Of a stretch of 64,000 nt of DNA, positions 1 through 8,635 are shown in pieces (position 1 is the stretch's first letter; every line of letters starts with the position of its first letter). A model generated the notes under the pieces. That model was not told the origin of the DNA. It saw nothing but the letters and a program-made list of their open reading frames with translations, and did no database searches. The DNA comes from an uncultured Candidatus Rokubacteria bacterium (GTDB lineage Bacteria > Methylomirabilota > Methylomirabilia > Rokubacteriales > DASRDR01), in assembly GCA_963708025.1 (NCBI GenBank), contig CAVPSB010000025.1:32001-96000 (forward strand), in the 5' to 3' direction. Made by a program: the position numbers and the translations under genes.

Positions 1-167
1 GCCTCAAGGCTCGCTATCAGGAGAAGGCGATCCGGGGCCTGGTGCATGGGTTGCGGGGCCGGGCCTCCCCGCGGGCGCTGGAGGTCGAGGTCCGGGATCG
101 GGTGCGGGAGCTCATCCAGACCACCTACCGGGAGCTCAATGACGCGCACTGCACCGAGAAGCTGTGG
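1..167 (+). pseudogene. Transposase N-terminal HTH fragment (ISNCY/IS481-like), interrupted by an IS21 end
   Basis: Frame 3 reads LKARYQEKAIRGLVHGLRGRASPRAL...ELIQTTYRELNDAHCTEKL; similarity ends at TGTCAACG (168). Confidence 0.6.
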
Positions 168-227
168 TGTCAACGGGCACCCCAATCTCCCCAGCTGCGG
201 TCATCGAAAATTCCTCACCCCCCGGGT

Positions 228-997
228 TCACTCCGTGGCCTCGGCGGGGCGGACGAGGCCGGCCTTGAGCTTGTCCTTGAGCCGGTAGGACTGGCCCCGG
301 ATGTTCAGGGTGATGGCGTGATGGAGGATGCGGTCCAGGGCGGCCGTGGCGATGACCCGGTCGCCGAAGACCTCCCCCCAGCTGCCGAAGCTCTGGTTGC
401 TCGGATCATGGCCCCGCGCTCGTAGCGCCGGCTGATGAGCTGGAAGAACAGGTTGGCCCCGGCCCGGTCGATCGGCAGGTAGCCGATCTCGTCGATGATG
501 AGCAGCCGCGGCGTCGTGTAGACCTTCAGTCGGTCGTCCAGGCGCCCCTCGGCCACGGCGCGGGTGAGGCTCGTGATGAGGGCGGCCGCCGTGGTGAACA
601 AGACCCCGTAGCCTCGCTCGATGGCCGTGAGCCCGAGGCCGATTGCCAAGTGCGTCTTCCCAACGCCGGGGGGCCGAGGATCACCAGATTCTCGCCATGC
701 TCGATGAAGTGGCACGTGGCGAGCGTCTGGACCTGCTTCTTGTCGAGGGAGGGCTGGTAGCTGAAGTCGAAGGCATCCAGCCCCTTGACGAAGGGGAAGC
801 GGGCGAGCTGGGTCGCATGGTGACGTGCTTGGCCGTCTTGGAGGCGACCTCTTCGGTGAGGACTTGGTCGAGGAAGTCGGCGAAGGTGAGCTCCTTCGTC
901 GTCGCCTCCTGCAAGAGGGCCTCGAGCCGCTCGCGGCTCTTGAAGAGACGGAGACGCTGCAGGTGCTCGTGGAGGCGCTTGAGCTGGCGGCCTTCAT
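228..997 (-). pseudogene. istB: IS21 helper ATPase IstB, multiply frameshifted
   Basis: [25 protein letters not shown] (Walker A), [11 protein letters not shown] (Walker B), [12 protein letters not shown], split over three frames. Confidence 0.85.
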
Positions 998-1077
998 GGC
1001 CCCACCTCGGCCAGGACGACGGATTCGGCGGCCCCGGCCGGCGGCGGCAATCGCTCAGCGCCTCCAGGACTGTGAGT

Positions 1078-1365
1078 TCAGAGGGGGGCTGCTATCTCCG
1101 TATTCCCCAGGAGCGCGTCGCAGACGGCCAGGTCGCGGACCTCAACGACCGCCGTCGGCGCGCGGCCCCGAGTGGGGGGCGGGCTGGAGTGCCGCTGGCG
1201 GGCGGTGCGGGCGCTGGCGCCAGGCCCGTGCTCGGGCAGGATCCGGAGTTGATGTTTGCCCTGGAGCTCCGGATGCTCGACCACGACGGCCTCGCGGTGG
1301 AGGATCCGCAGCGTGCCGTTGTGGCGGTGGACTTCCACGGGCTGGCCGATCAGGGTAAACGGGAC
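1078..1365 (-). pseudogene. istA: IS21 transposase IstA C-terminal fragment
   Basis: VEVHRHNGTLRILHREAVVVEH...VEVRDLAVCDAL directly upstream of istB. Confidence 0.65.
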
Positions 1366-1367
1366 TG

Positions 1368-1703
1368 ATGACGGCCCGGCATCGGGCGCGCCTGCCTCGG
1401 TTGCTCGGGCAGAGCGCCGCCGCGTTTGGCTTCGCCACCGACCTGTGGACCACCGGCCGGATCGCCACCCTGATCCGCCGGCGGTTCGGCGTGCTTCTGC
1501 ACCGCGCCCATGTCGGGCGGGACTTGGCCACCCTTGGCTGGTCCTGCCAGAAGCCCGAGCGGCGGGCGGTCGAACGCGATGAGGCGGCGATCGCGCATTG
1601 GAAACGCTATCGCCGGGTCGCCATCAAAAAAAAGCCCAGCGCCTGAACACCCATCTGGTGTTCCTGGACGAGTTGGGCTTCCTCCTGATCCCGAACGTGC
1701 GAC
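1368..1703 (+). pseudogene. IS630-family transposase fragment (winged HTH, slippery A8G, start of DDE domain)
   Basis: FGFATDLWTTGRIATLIRRRFGV...LGWSCQKPERRAVERDEAAI, AAAAAAAAG at 1626-1634, then LVFLDELGFLLIP in the shifted frame. Confidence 0.8.
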
Positions 1704-1814
1704 GTAATGTGAAGCTGAGGAAGGCAGGACAGAACGGATTACTGCGGCCTACACGGTCAACTCCACATTACTGACGGCTCACCATTAGTCGAGTAATGTT
1801 TAGCTCCACATTAC

Positions 1815-2154
1815 TCGACGATTGGGCCCTGGCGCCGCTGCAGGAGGCCGAGCGCCGTGATGTGCTGGAGATCCTCGAGGACCGCTCCGGCACCCGCTCG
1901 ACCATCGTCACCAGCCAGCTGCCGCCCGGCCAGTGGCCCGACTACGTGGCCGATCCAACCCTGGCCGACGCGATCTGCGATCGCCTACTCCACAACGCGC
2001 ACCGAATCGTGCTAAAAGGACCGTCACGGAGGAAGGAGGGGAAGCTCGAGAGCTACAGATCGCTTCATCGTGATCAGCTCGATCGGGGATCATGGTCGGA
2101 GCGGAGCGACGCTGGGCGTCGGCGGCTAGGTGATCACGATCGCCGAAATGCGCA
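1815..2154 (+). mobile_element. istB: Second IS21 remnant: IstB C-terminus plus right end
   Basis: LDDWALAPL...DVLEILEDR..STIVTSQLP..W...DPTLADAICDRLLHNAHRIVLKGPSRRK; terminus GTGATCACGATCGCCGAAATGCGCA. Confidence 0.8.
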
Positions 2155-2305
2155 GGAAGGGAGACACGGGCGGTGCGATAAGTGTTGACCAGCCCGACCA
2201 AGCGGCCCCTTCGAGCCTCGTACACGCCACCCCCGCTCGAGCCGTAGCTGACCGACGCGTCCACCATGAGCTGCGGCGCGGGCTCCCTCCGGGCAAGGCC
2301 CAGGC
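2155..2305 (-). pseudogene. Trypsin-like serine protease fragment
   Basis: LMVDASVSYGSSGGGVYEARRGRLVGLV catalytic-Ser motif, truncated on both sides. Confidence 0.55.
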
Positions 2306-2347
2306 CTGTCAAGCTAGAGGCGGCGGGTTCAAGTCCCGTCGACGGCG
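2301..2347 (+). pseudogene. 3' half of a tRNA-Asp(GTC)-like sequence
   Basis: Anticodon loop CTGTCAA, AGGCG variable region, T-arm GCGGG-TTCAAGT-CCCGT, acceptor 3' strand CGACGGC; no D-arm or 5' strand. Confidence 0.55.
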
Positions 2348-2589
2348 AGACCCAAGGAGACCGCCAAGCAGGTGAGGCGCATCGCTCGCCGGACCGCCGA
2401 CCTCCTCGGCATCGGCCGTGACCTGCGAGACGACGAGATCGAGACGGGCTCCCCCGTGCTCCATGCCCACCATGGCGGCCACCCGGCATTCAACCGGCCG
2501 GGCCGGGGCAGGACCGCGGCCGGCTCCGTCGGGCCCGGGCCGATGGTCAGAAAGGTCCCGCCTGGCTACCGCCGGCGTCGCCAAAAAAC

Positions 2590-2617
2590 TTCGCTACGAA
2601 TTTCGCTACGATTCGCC
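2590..2617. repeat. Tandem direct repeat TTCGCTACGA x2 plus a partial copy (possible integrase arm sites)
   Basis: TTCGCTACGA at 2590-2599 and 2602-2611, ~100 bp from the tRNA 3' end. Confidence 0.5.
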
Positions 2618-2716
2618 ATCAAAACCCGTCTCACCCGATCACAATCCATCCCAGGAGTCCCGGGGCCGCGGACATGACCTGCCCCGCGCCGGGCGCGGGG
2701 ATTCGGGCCTGGAGGG

Positions 2717-2791
2717 TGGTGGCGGTGGGAGGACTTGAACCTCCGACCAAGGGCTTATGAGACCCCTGCTCTGCCTCTGAGCTACACCGCC
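2717..2791 (-). tRNA. tRNA with CAT anticodon (probably elongator tRNA-Met)
   Basis: GGCGGTGTAGCTCAGAGGCAGAGCAGGGGTCTCATAAGCCCTTGGTCGGAGGTTCAAGTCCTCCCACCGCCACCA; full cloverleaf, paired G1-C72, encoded CCA. Confidence 0.95.
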
Positions 2792-2905
2792 GTCCTCGTC
2801 GCCTCGCGGGCCCCGCTTCTCCTCACTCCAGGACCCAGGAGTGACGCACGCGGCGGAGGGCGCGGGGGGGCCGGCGCCGTCGCTGCAGCACGGCGCCGAC
2901 GTCGC

Positions 2906-2955
2906 ATTATACCCCGTCCCGCTCGGCTGGACACGCTCGACCCCTTTGTTATAAT
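2906..2955. promoter_or_regulatory. Divergent sigma70-type promoters (towards the tRNA and the acidic ORF)
   Basis: TATAAT on - strand at 2906-2911; TGnTATAAT on + strand at 2947-2955 with TGGACA at 2928-2933. Confidence 0.6.
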
Positions 2956-3037
2956 CGGTTCATCGTCCCCACCCCGAAGAAAGGCGCACCGACGACATCG
3001 CTTTCTGACATCAAGGCAACGATCCCACGGAGGAGCT

Positions 3038-3298
3038 ATGAGGCTGCGGAGGCGCCCAGACGTCGAGGACGAGGAAAACCCGCACTACGCGACCGATGAC
3101 GACGGGGACGAGGAGCTTGACAAGGACGAGGAGCTTGACAAGGACGAGGAGGAGGACGACGACGAGGAGGACGAGGACCTCGACGACGACGACTTCGAAG
3201 ACGACGACGAAGAGCTCGACGACGACGAGGATCTCGAAGACGAGGAGGACGACGACGAGGAGGACGAGGAGGACGAGGAGGAGGGGGACGACGACTAG
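3038..3298 (+). CDS. Extremely acidic small protein (86 aa)
   Basis: GGAGGAG just upstream of the ATG; MRLRRRP followed by a D/E tract; upstream extended -10. Confidence 0.7.
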   Translation: MRLRRRPDVEDEENPHYATDDDGDEELDKDEELDKDEEEDDDEEDEDLDDDDFEDDDEELDDDEDLEDEEDDDEEDEEDEEEGDDD

Positions 3299-3369
3299 CT
3301 CCGCCACCACCCGAGTCCGTGTCGCTCGCGTGAATCGCCCCGGGCGGTCTCGACCGGCGTAGGCGTCGC

Positions 3370-3621
3370 ATGCCCCTCTCCCATCTCTGGGCGGACTTCG
3401 GGGCGGAGGTGATCCGCGAGGAGGTGCACCACCCCGTCCACGGCCCGGTTCGGGTCGTGGGCCTGCCCGTGTTCCTCCACCGCACACGGGCGAAGGCCAC
3501 CGCGCCCTCGCCGCTGCCGGGCCAGCACACCCGCGAGATCCTGAGCGCCGCGGGCCATGACGCCGTCGCGATCGACCGTCCCCTGGCGGAGAAGGTCGCG
3601 GCGGAAACACCGCTGCCCTAG
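3370..3621 (+). pseudogene. Internally deleted family III CoA-transferase
   Basis: N-terminal motif LWADFGAEVI joined directly to the C-terminal motif EVHHPVHGPVRVVGLPV...PLPGQHTREIL. Confidence 0.6.
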
Positions 3622-3635
3622 AGGTCTGGACCCAC

Positions 3636-4421
3636 ATGAGCGACGAGATCCTGGTCGAACGCCGTGATCACATCGCCACCATCGTCTTCAACCGGCCCCA
3701 CGTCCGGAACGCGTTCAATCTCGCCATGTGGACGGCGCTCCCGGAGGTCATCGAGGGGCTCGTCCGCGACCCGGCGGTGCGGTGCATCGTCGTCCGGGGC
3801 GCCGGCGAGGAGGCGTTCGCCTCCGGCGCCGACATCTCGGAGTTCAAGGAGCAGCGGAAGGACCGCGCGACCGCCGAGGCGTACAACAAGCGCACCGAGG
3901 GCGCCTACCGGGCCCTGCAGACCTGCCCGAAGCCGACGGTCGCCATGATCTACGGCTTCTGCATGGGCGGGGCGGTGGCGATGGCGCTGGCCTGCGACCT
4001 CCGGTTCGCCGCGGACACCGGAAAGTTCGGCATCCCGGCGGCCCGGCTCGGCATCATCTACGGGCTCCACTCGGTGAAGCGCCTGGTCAGCCTGGTGGGC
4101 CCGGCGGCGGCGAAGGACATCCTGTTCTCGGCGCGCACACTCGACGCCGCGGAAGCCCTGCGGATCGGCTTCGTCAACCGCGTCCTGCCGGCCGCCGACG
4201 TGGCCGCCCACACCTACGAGTACCTGGCCAAGGTGGCCGAGAACGCCCCGCTCTCGGTCCAGGGCGCCAAGCTGATCGTCGAGTCCATCGTCGAGGACGG
4301 GGGGGTGGCCCGGCAGGCCGACATCGGCCGCCTGCAGATCAGCGCGTTCGAGAGCGAGGACTACCGCGAAGGGACGGCGGCGTTCATGGAGAAGCGGCGG
4401 CCGAAGTTCCACGGCCGGTGA
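3636..4421 (+). CDS. Enoyl-CoA hydratase/isomerase family protein
   Basis: AFASGADISEF, PKPTVAMIYGFCMGGA, DYREGTAAFMEKRRPKF. Confidence 0.92.
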   Translation: MSDEILVERRDHIATIVFNRPHVRNAFNLAMWTALPEVIEGLVRDPAVRCIVVRGAGEEAFASGADISEFKEQRKDRATAEAYNKRTEGAYRALQTCPKPTVAMIYGFCMGGAVAMALACDLRFAADTGKFGIPAARLGIIYGLHSVKRLVSLVGPAAAKDILFSARTLDAAEALRIGFVNRVLPAADVAAHTYEYLAKVAENAPLSVQGAKLIVESIVEDGGVARQADIGRLQISAFESEDYREGTAAFMEKRRPKFHGR

Positions 4422-4460
4422 GCCCGGGCCGATACCCGTCGCCGCGGTCGTCCTCCATCC

Positions 4461-4530
4461 CGGCCGGGACGCGCTCGGCCTGCGTCGATCGGACGGCCTT
4501 CGGCCTGGGGGCGTCCGTCCCGGCCTCAGG
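4461..4530 (+). repeat. Partial copy of the structured repeat at 28498 and 45466
   Basis: CGGCCGGGACGCGCTCGGCC...GGACGGCCTTCGGCC...GCGTCCGTCCCGGCC matches 45501-45570. Confidence 0.75.
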
Positions 4531-4654
4531 GGGCCTCGCCGAGGGGCCCGGTGGACGGGTGCGGTCAGGAAAGTCAAGGGTTTCGGGGGGTCGCCGGCAT
4601 CTGGTATACTCGGAGTCGAGCCACGTCAATTCATTCCGCTTCGAGGAGGCATGC

Positions 4655-4979
4655 ATGATCGCGATCAGTGAATCGGCCGCCAAGAAGGTCCAGGACCTGC
4701 GCCTGGAGGAAGGGAAGCCCGAGTGGGGGCTCCGGCTCCGCGTGGTGGGCGGCGGCTGCTCCGGCTTCTCCTACGAGCTGGGCTGGGAGGACGCCGAGCA
4801 GGACGGGGACCAGGTCGCCGAGTCGCAAGGCGTCAGGGTGTACGTTCGACCCGATGAGCGTCCAGTACGTCGACGGGGTCGAGATCGACTACGTGGACAG
4901 CCTCTACGGCTCGGGCTTCTCGATCAAGAACCCCAACGCCAAGGGCTCCTGCGGCTGCGGGCATTCCTTCCAGGCCTGA
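4655..4979 (+). CDS. A-type Fe-S carrier (IscA/ErpA/HesB); one frameshift near 4846
   Basis: [17 protein letters not shown] and [14 protein letters not shown] in adjacent frames; GAGGAGG RBS. Confidence 0.88.
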
Positions 4980-5004
4980 CGGCGCGCCCCTCGCCGGTCC
5001 CGCC

Positions 5005-5274
5005 GTGAAGGTGGCGGTTTGCCTGTTCGCCCGCTACCGTGAGGCCGCGGGGCGGGACCGTGTCGAGGTGGATGTCCCGGAGGGCGCGACCGTGGAAGAC
5101 GTGTGGCGCGCCCTCTCGTCCGCGCACCCCGTGCTCGCCCGGTACCGCCCGCACACCCTGTTCGCCGTCGGCAACGACTACGTCACCCCGGAGCGGGCCC
5201 TCCAGCCCGGCGAAGAGGTGGCCTGCTTCCCGCCCGTGAGTGGCGGCAGTCGCCATGATCCGCGTCACCGCTGA
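5005..5274 (+). CDS. moaD: Molybdopterin synthase sulfur carrier (possibly fused to MoaE)
   Basis: VCLFARYREAAG...EVACFPPVSGG. Confidence 0.85.
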   Translation: MKVAVCLFARYREAAGRDRVEVDVPEGATVEDVWRALSSAHPVLARYRPHTLFAVGNDYVTPERALQPGEEVACFPPVSGGSRHDPRHR

Positions 5275-5686
5275 GCCGCTGTCCGCCGACGCACTGGCCG
5301 ACGCGGTTACCGTGCCCGAGGCCGGCGGCGTCGTCGTCTTCCTCGGCGTCGTCCGGGACAACAACGCCGGGCGGCGGGTCGTGGCGCTCGAATACGAGGC
5401 GCACGTCCCGATGGCCGAGGCGAAGATGAAGGAGATCGGCGAGGCCGTCTACCGGCGGTGGCCGGACGTCCAGCAGGTCGCGATGGCCCACCGGATCGGG
5501 CGGCTCGGGATCGGCGACGCCAGCGTCATCATCGCCGTCTCCGCCGCGCACCGGCAGCAGGCCTTCGAGGCCTGTCACTTCGCCATCGACCGCCTGAAGG
5601 AGACCGTGCCGATCTGGAAGCGGGAGATCTTCGAGGACGGCGCGGTCTGGGTCGGGCTGCAGGGCGAGTCGCCCCCGACCGGATAG
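5255..5686 (+). CDS. moaE: Molybdopterin synthase catalytic subunit
   Basis: GGVVVFLGVVRD, LEYEAH, HRIGRL, SAAHR, LKETVPIWKRE. Confidence 0.92.
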   Translation: MIRVTAEPLSADALADAVTVPEAGGVVVFLGVVRDNNAGRRVVALEYEAHVPMAEAKMKEIGEAVYRRWPDVQQVAMAHRIGRLGIGDASVIIAVSAAHRQQAFEACHFAIDRLKETVPIWKREIFEDGAVWVGLQGESPPTG

Positions 5687-5702
5687 CCGCGCGGCGCCAG
5701 CA

Positions 5703-7152
5703 ATGAACGGCAGGCCCGAGGCGTCCCCGGAGTCCCCGCCGCTGGTTGCGTCCATGCGGGCCGCTGCCGCCCGCCATCGGCTCTTCGGCCCCGGCGCCTC
5801 GCTCCTCGTCGCGGTGTCCGGCGGGCCGGATTCGGTCGCCCTCCTCCACGCACTCACCTGCCTGCGCGCCGAGCTCGCGCTGACCCTCGCCGTCGGTCAC
5901 GTCCACCACGGGTTGCGGGCGGAGGCCGACCGCGACGCCGCCTTCGTCCGGGGTCTCGCCGCCCGCCTGGGCTGCCCGGTCGCGGTCGAGGCGGTCCACG
6001 TGCCGCACCGGCCCGGCCGCTCGCCGGAGACGGCGGCCCGCGCGGTCCGCTACACCGCTCTCGCACGCATGGCCCGGGCGACGGGGGCCACCCGGATCGC
6101 GGTGGCCCACACCGCCGACGACCAGGCCGAGACGGTGCTGATGCGGCTCCTCCAGGGCGCGGGCCCCCGCGGTCTGGCCGGGATCCCGATTCGACGCGGG
6201 GCGGTGGTCCGGCCCCTGCTCGAGGTGGATCGGGCCGCCGTCCTGGCTCACCTCGCCACCCACGGCTTGCCGTGGGTCGAGGACGCGACCAACCTGGACA
6301 CGAAGCTCCTCCGGAACCGGATCCGCCACGAGCTGCTGCCGCTCATCGCGGCGCACGGCTGGCCCCGCATCACGACGGCGCTCTGCCGCACCGCGGCCGC
6401 CGCCCGTGAGCTGTCGGCGGCGCTCGATGCGCTGCTCGCGCCTCGCGTCGCCGGCCTCCTCCGGCCCGGGCTCGGTGGCCTCGCCCTCGACCTGGCGCCC
6501 CTGCGCGAGCTGCCGGCCGGCGCGCTCAAGGCCGTGCTTCGGCTGGCGCTCGTTCGACCTGGCCCCGCGTCCCGAGGTCCGGGCCGGGCTCCGGGCGGGG
6601 CACTTCGAGGCGCTGGCGGCGCTGGTTGACGCGCCGGTCGGCGCCCGCGTCCGGCTCCCGGCCGGACTCGGCGTCGAGCGGGGCCGCGATGCCCTCTGGG
6701 TCGTGAGCGGGGAGCCGGCCGGCGAATCGGTGCCGCTGGTGGTGCCGGGCGAGACGCGGCTCCCGGCGCTCGGGGGCCGGCTGGTCGCGGAGCGGACGCC
6801 GTTCGCGCTCGAGGACCCGGCCCCGGACCCGGCGGGCGAGGTGTGGATCGACGCCGAGGCGCTCCCGGGGCCGCTCCGGGTGCGCCCGCGGCGCCCCGGG
6901 GACCGCCTGGTGCCCTTCGGCCAGGATCGACCCGTCCGGGTCGCCCGCCTGCTCGCCGCCACCGGCGCGGCGCCCTCGGCGCGCGACCGGTGGCCGCTGC
7001 TCGTCGCGCCCGGATCGGATGGCGAGACCATGGTGTGGGTGATCGGCGTGCGGCGCGGGACCGTGGCGCCGGTTCACCGAGAGACGAGGACCGTGCTGCG
7101 GGTCCGGCTTCACCTGGACCCGGTGCGCGGTCCGGAGGAGGAGTCCACGTGA
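5703..7152 (+). CDS. tilS: tRNA(Ile)-lysidine synthetase; frameshift near 6553
   Basis: VAVSGGPDSVALL, AHTADDQAETVLMRL, RNRIRHELLP; C-terminal VRPRRPGDRLVPFG in the next frame. Confidence 0.9.
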
Positions 7153-8621
7153 GTCGAGCTTCGATGGTCCGTGTGAGTCTGGTCGCGCTCCTCGTGTTCG
7201 GCGCGCTCCCGGTGGCCGCTCAAACCGCCCCGGCGCCGCCCCCGGACCCGAAGGCCATCCTGGAGAGCCTCGAGCGGACGTTCGTCTCCGTCGCGGAGCG
7301 CGTGATGCCCGCCGTGGTGCATATCGACGCGACCCCCAAGGAGTCGCCGCGCGAGCGGGGGCCCCGGGAGGGTCGTGATCCGCGCGAGCGCCTCAGCCCG
7401 CCCGAGCGCCGGGAGTTCGAGCGGCGCTTCCGGGAGTTCTTCGGGGAGGACTTCGAGCGCTTCTTCCGGCAGCGCCCGCCCGAGCGCCGCGAGGCGCGCA
7501 GCCAGGGCTCGGGCGTGATCGTGGACAAGTCGGGCATCGTCCTGACCAACAACCACCTGATCGAGAACGCGGGCGAGATCGAGGTCGGGCTCTCGGACAA
7601 GCGGAAGCTCAAGGCCAAGGTGCTCGGTCGCGACCCCAAGACGGACCTGGCTGTGCTGAAGATCGAGGCCGACGGGGAGTTCCCGACCGCCGAGCTGGGC
7701 GACTCCGACCGGCTCCGCGTCGGCCAGTGGGCGATCGCCGTCGGCAACCCCTTCGGGCTCGACCGCACGGTCACCGTCGGTATCATCTCGGCCACCGGCC
7801 GGCAGGACCTCCGCGTGACGACCTACGAGAGCTTCATCCAGACCGACGCCGCCATCAATCCCGGCAACTCGGGGGGCCCGCTGGTGAGCCTGGACGGCAA
7901 GGTCATCGGCATCAACACCGCCATCGTCTCCGTTGGCCAGGGCATCGGCTTCGCCATACCGGCGAGCATGGTCCGCCGCGTGATGCCTCAACTCGTGGCG
8001 ACGGGACGCGTGACGCGGGGCTGGCTGGGCATCCGGATCCAGCCGCTGACCGCGGACCTGGCGCCGTCGTTCGGGGTCAAGGAGGGGGACGGCGTCCTGG
8101 TGGCCGACGTCATGCCGGGTAGCCCGGCCGAGACCGGCGGTCTCAAGAGCGGCGACGTGATCCTCGAGGTGGAGGGGCGGAAGACCGCCGAGGTGCCCGA
8201 CCTGCAGAAGATCGTGGCCGATACCGAGCCCGGCAAGGCGGCGCGGGTCACGGTCCTGCGCGACGGCCGCCGGGAGACCCTGTCGGTGAAGATCGGGGAG
8301 ATGCCGGCCGACGAGCCGGTGGTCGCCTCTCGCGGCACCGAGCGCTGGGGCCTGTCGGTCCAGCCCATCAGCCCCGAGCTGGCGCGCCAGTTCAAGCTGC
8401 CGGCCGGCGAGGGGGTGCTCGTCTCGGACGTGGAGGAAGACAGCCCGGCGGCGCGGGCGGGCATCCGCCCGGGTGACGCGATCGTCGAGGTGAACCGCCG
8501 GCGCGTCAAGGACCTGAAGTCGTTCGAGGACGCCCTCGGGCGGTCCCAGCAGGAGGTGCTGCTCTTCGTCCAGCGCGAGGGTCGCTCGCAGTACGTCGTG
8601 CTGAAATCCGAGGGTCGCTGA
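7149..8621 (+). CDS. HtrA/DegP-family serine protease with two PDZ domains
   Basis: Signal peptide, GSGVIV, LTNNH, DLAVLK, IQTDAAINPGNSGGPL, two PDZ repeats. Confidence 0.93.
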   Translation: MSRASMVRVSLVALLVFGALPVAAQTAPAPPPDPKAILESLERTFVSVAERVMPAVVHIDATPKESPRERGPREGRDPRERLSPPERREFERRFREFFGEDFERFFRQRPPERREARSQGSGVIVDKSGIVLTNNHLIENAGEIEVGLSDKRKLKAKVLGRDPKTDLAVLKIEADGEFPTAELGDSDRLRVGQWAIAVGNPFGLDRTVTVGIISATGRQDLRVTTYESFIQTDAAINPGNSGGPLVSLDGKVIGINTAIVSVGQGIGFAIPASMVRRVMPQLVATGRVTRGWLGIRIQPLTADLAPSFGVKEGDGVLVADVMPGSPAETGGLKSGDVILEVEGRKTAEVPDLQKIVADTEPGKAARVTVLRDGRRETLSVKIGEMPADEPVVASRGTERWGLSVQPISPELARQFKLPAGEGVLVSDVEEDSPAARAGIRPGDAIVEVNRRRVKDLKSFEDALGRSQQEVLLFVQREGRSQYVVLKSEGR

Positions 8622-8635
8622 CCGATACCGCCTGC

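Larger units (their letters stand above)
168..1365 (-). mobile_element. Degenerate IS21-family element (terminal repeat, istB, istA 3' remnant)
   Basis: TGTCAACGGGCAC...CATCGAAAATTCCTCACCC terminus at 168-221, followed by istB and istA fragments. Confidence 0.8.

Noticed and set aside
2717-2791. Initiator tRNA-fMet
   Set aside because: The first acceptor pair is G-C matched and the three consecutive G-C pairs next to the anticodon loop are absent; tRNA-Ile2 is not fully excluded
3011-3637. Hydrophobic V/L-rich minus-strand ORF
   Set aside because: Antisense reading of the GAC/GAG acidic tract; RBS and promoter support the plus strand
4655-7152. Programmed frameshifting or true pseudogenes in the Fe-S carrier and tilS
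   Set aside because: No slippery sequence; tilS is normally essential; the pattern fits a consensus artefact
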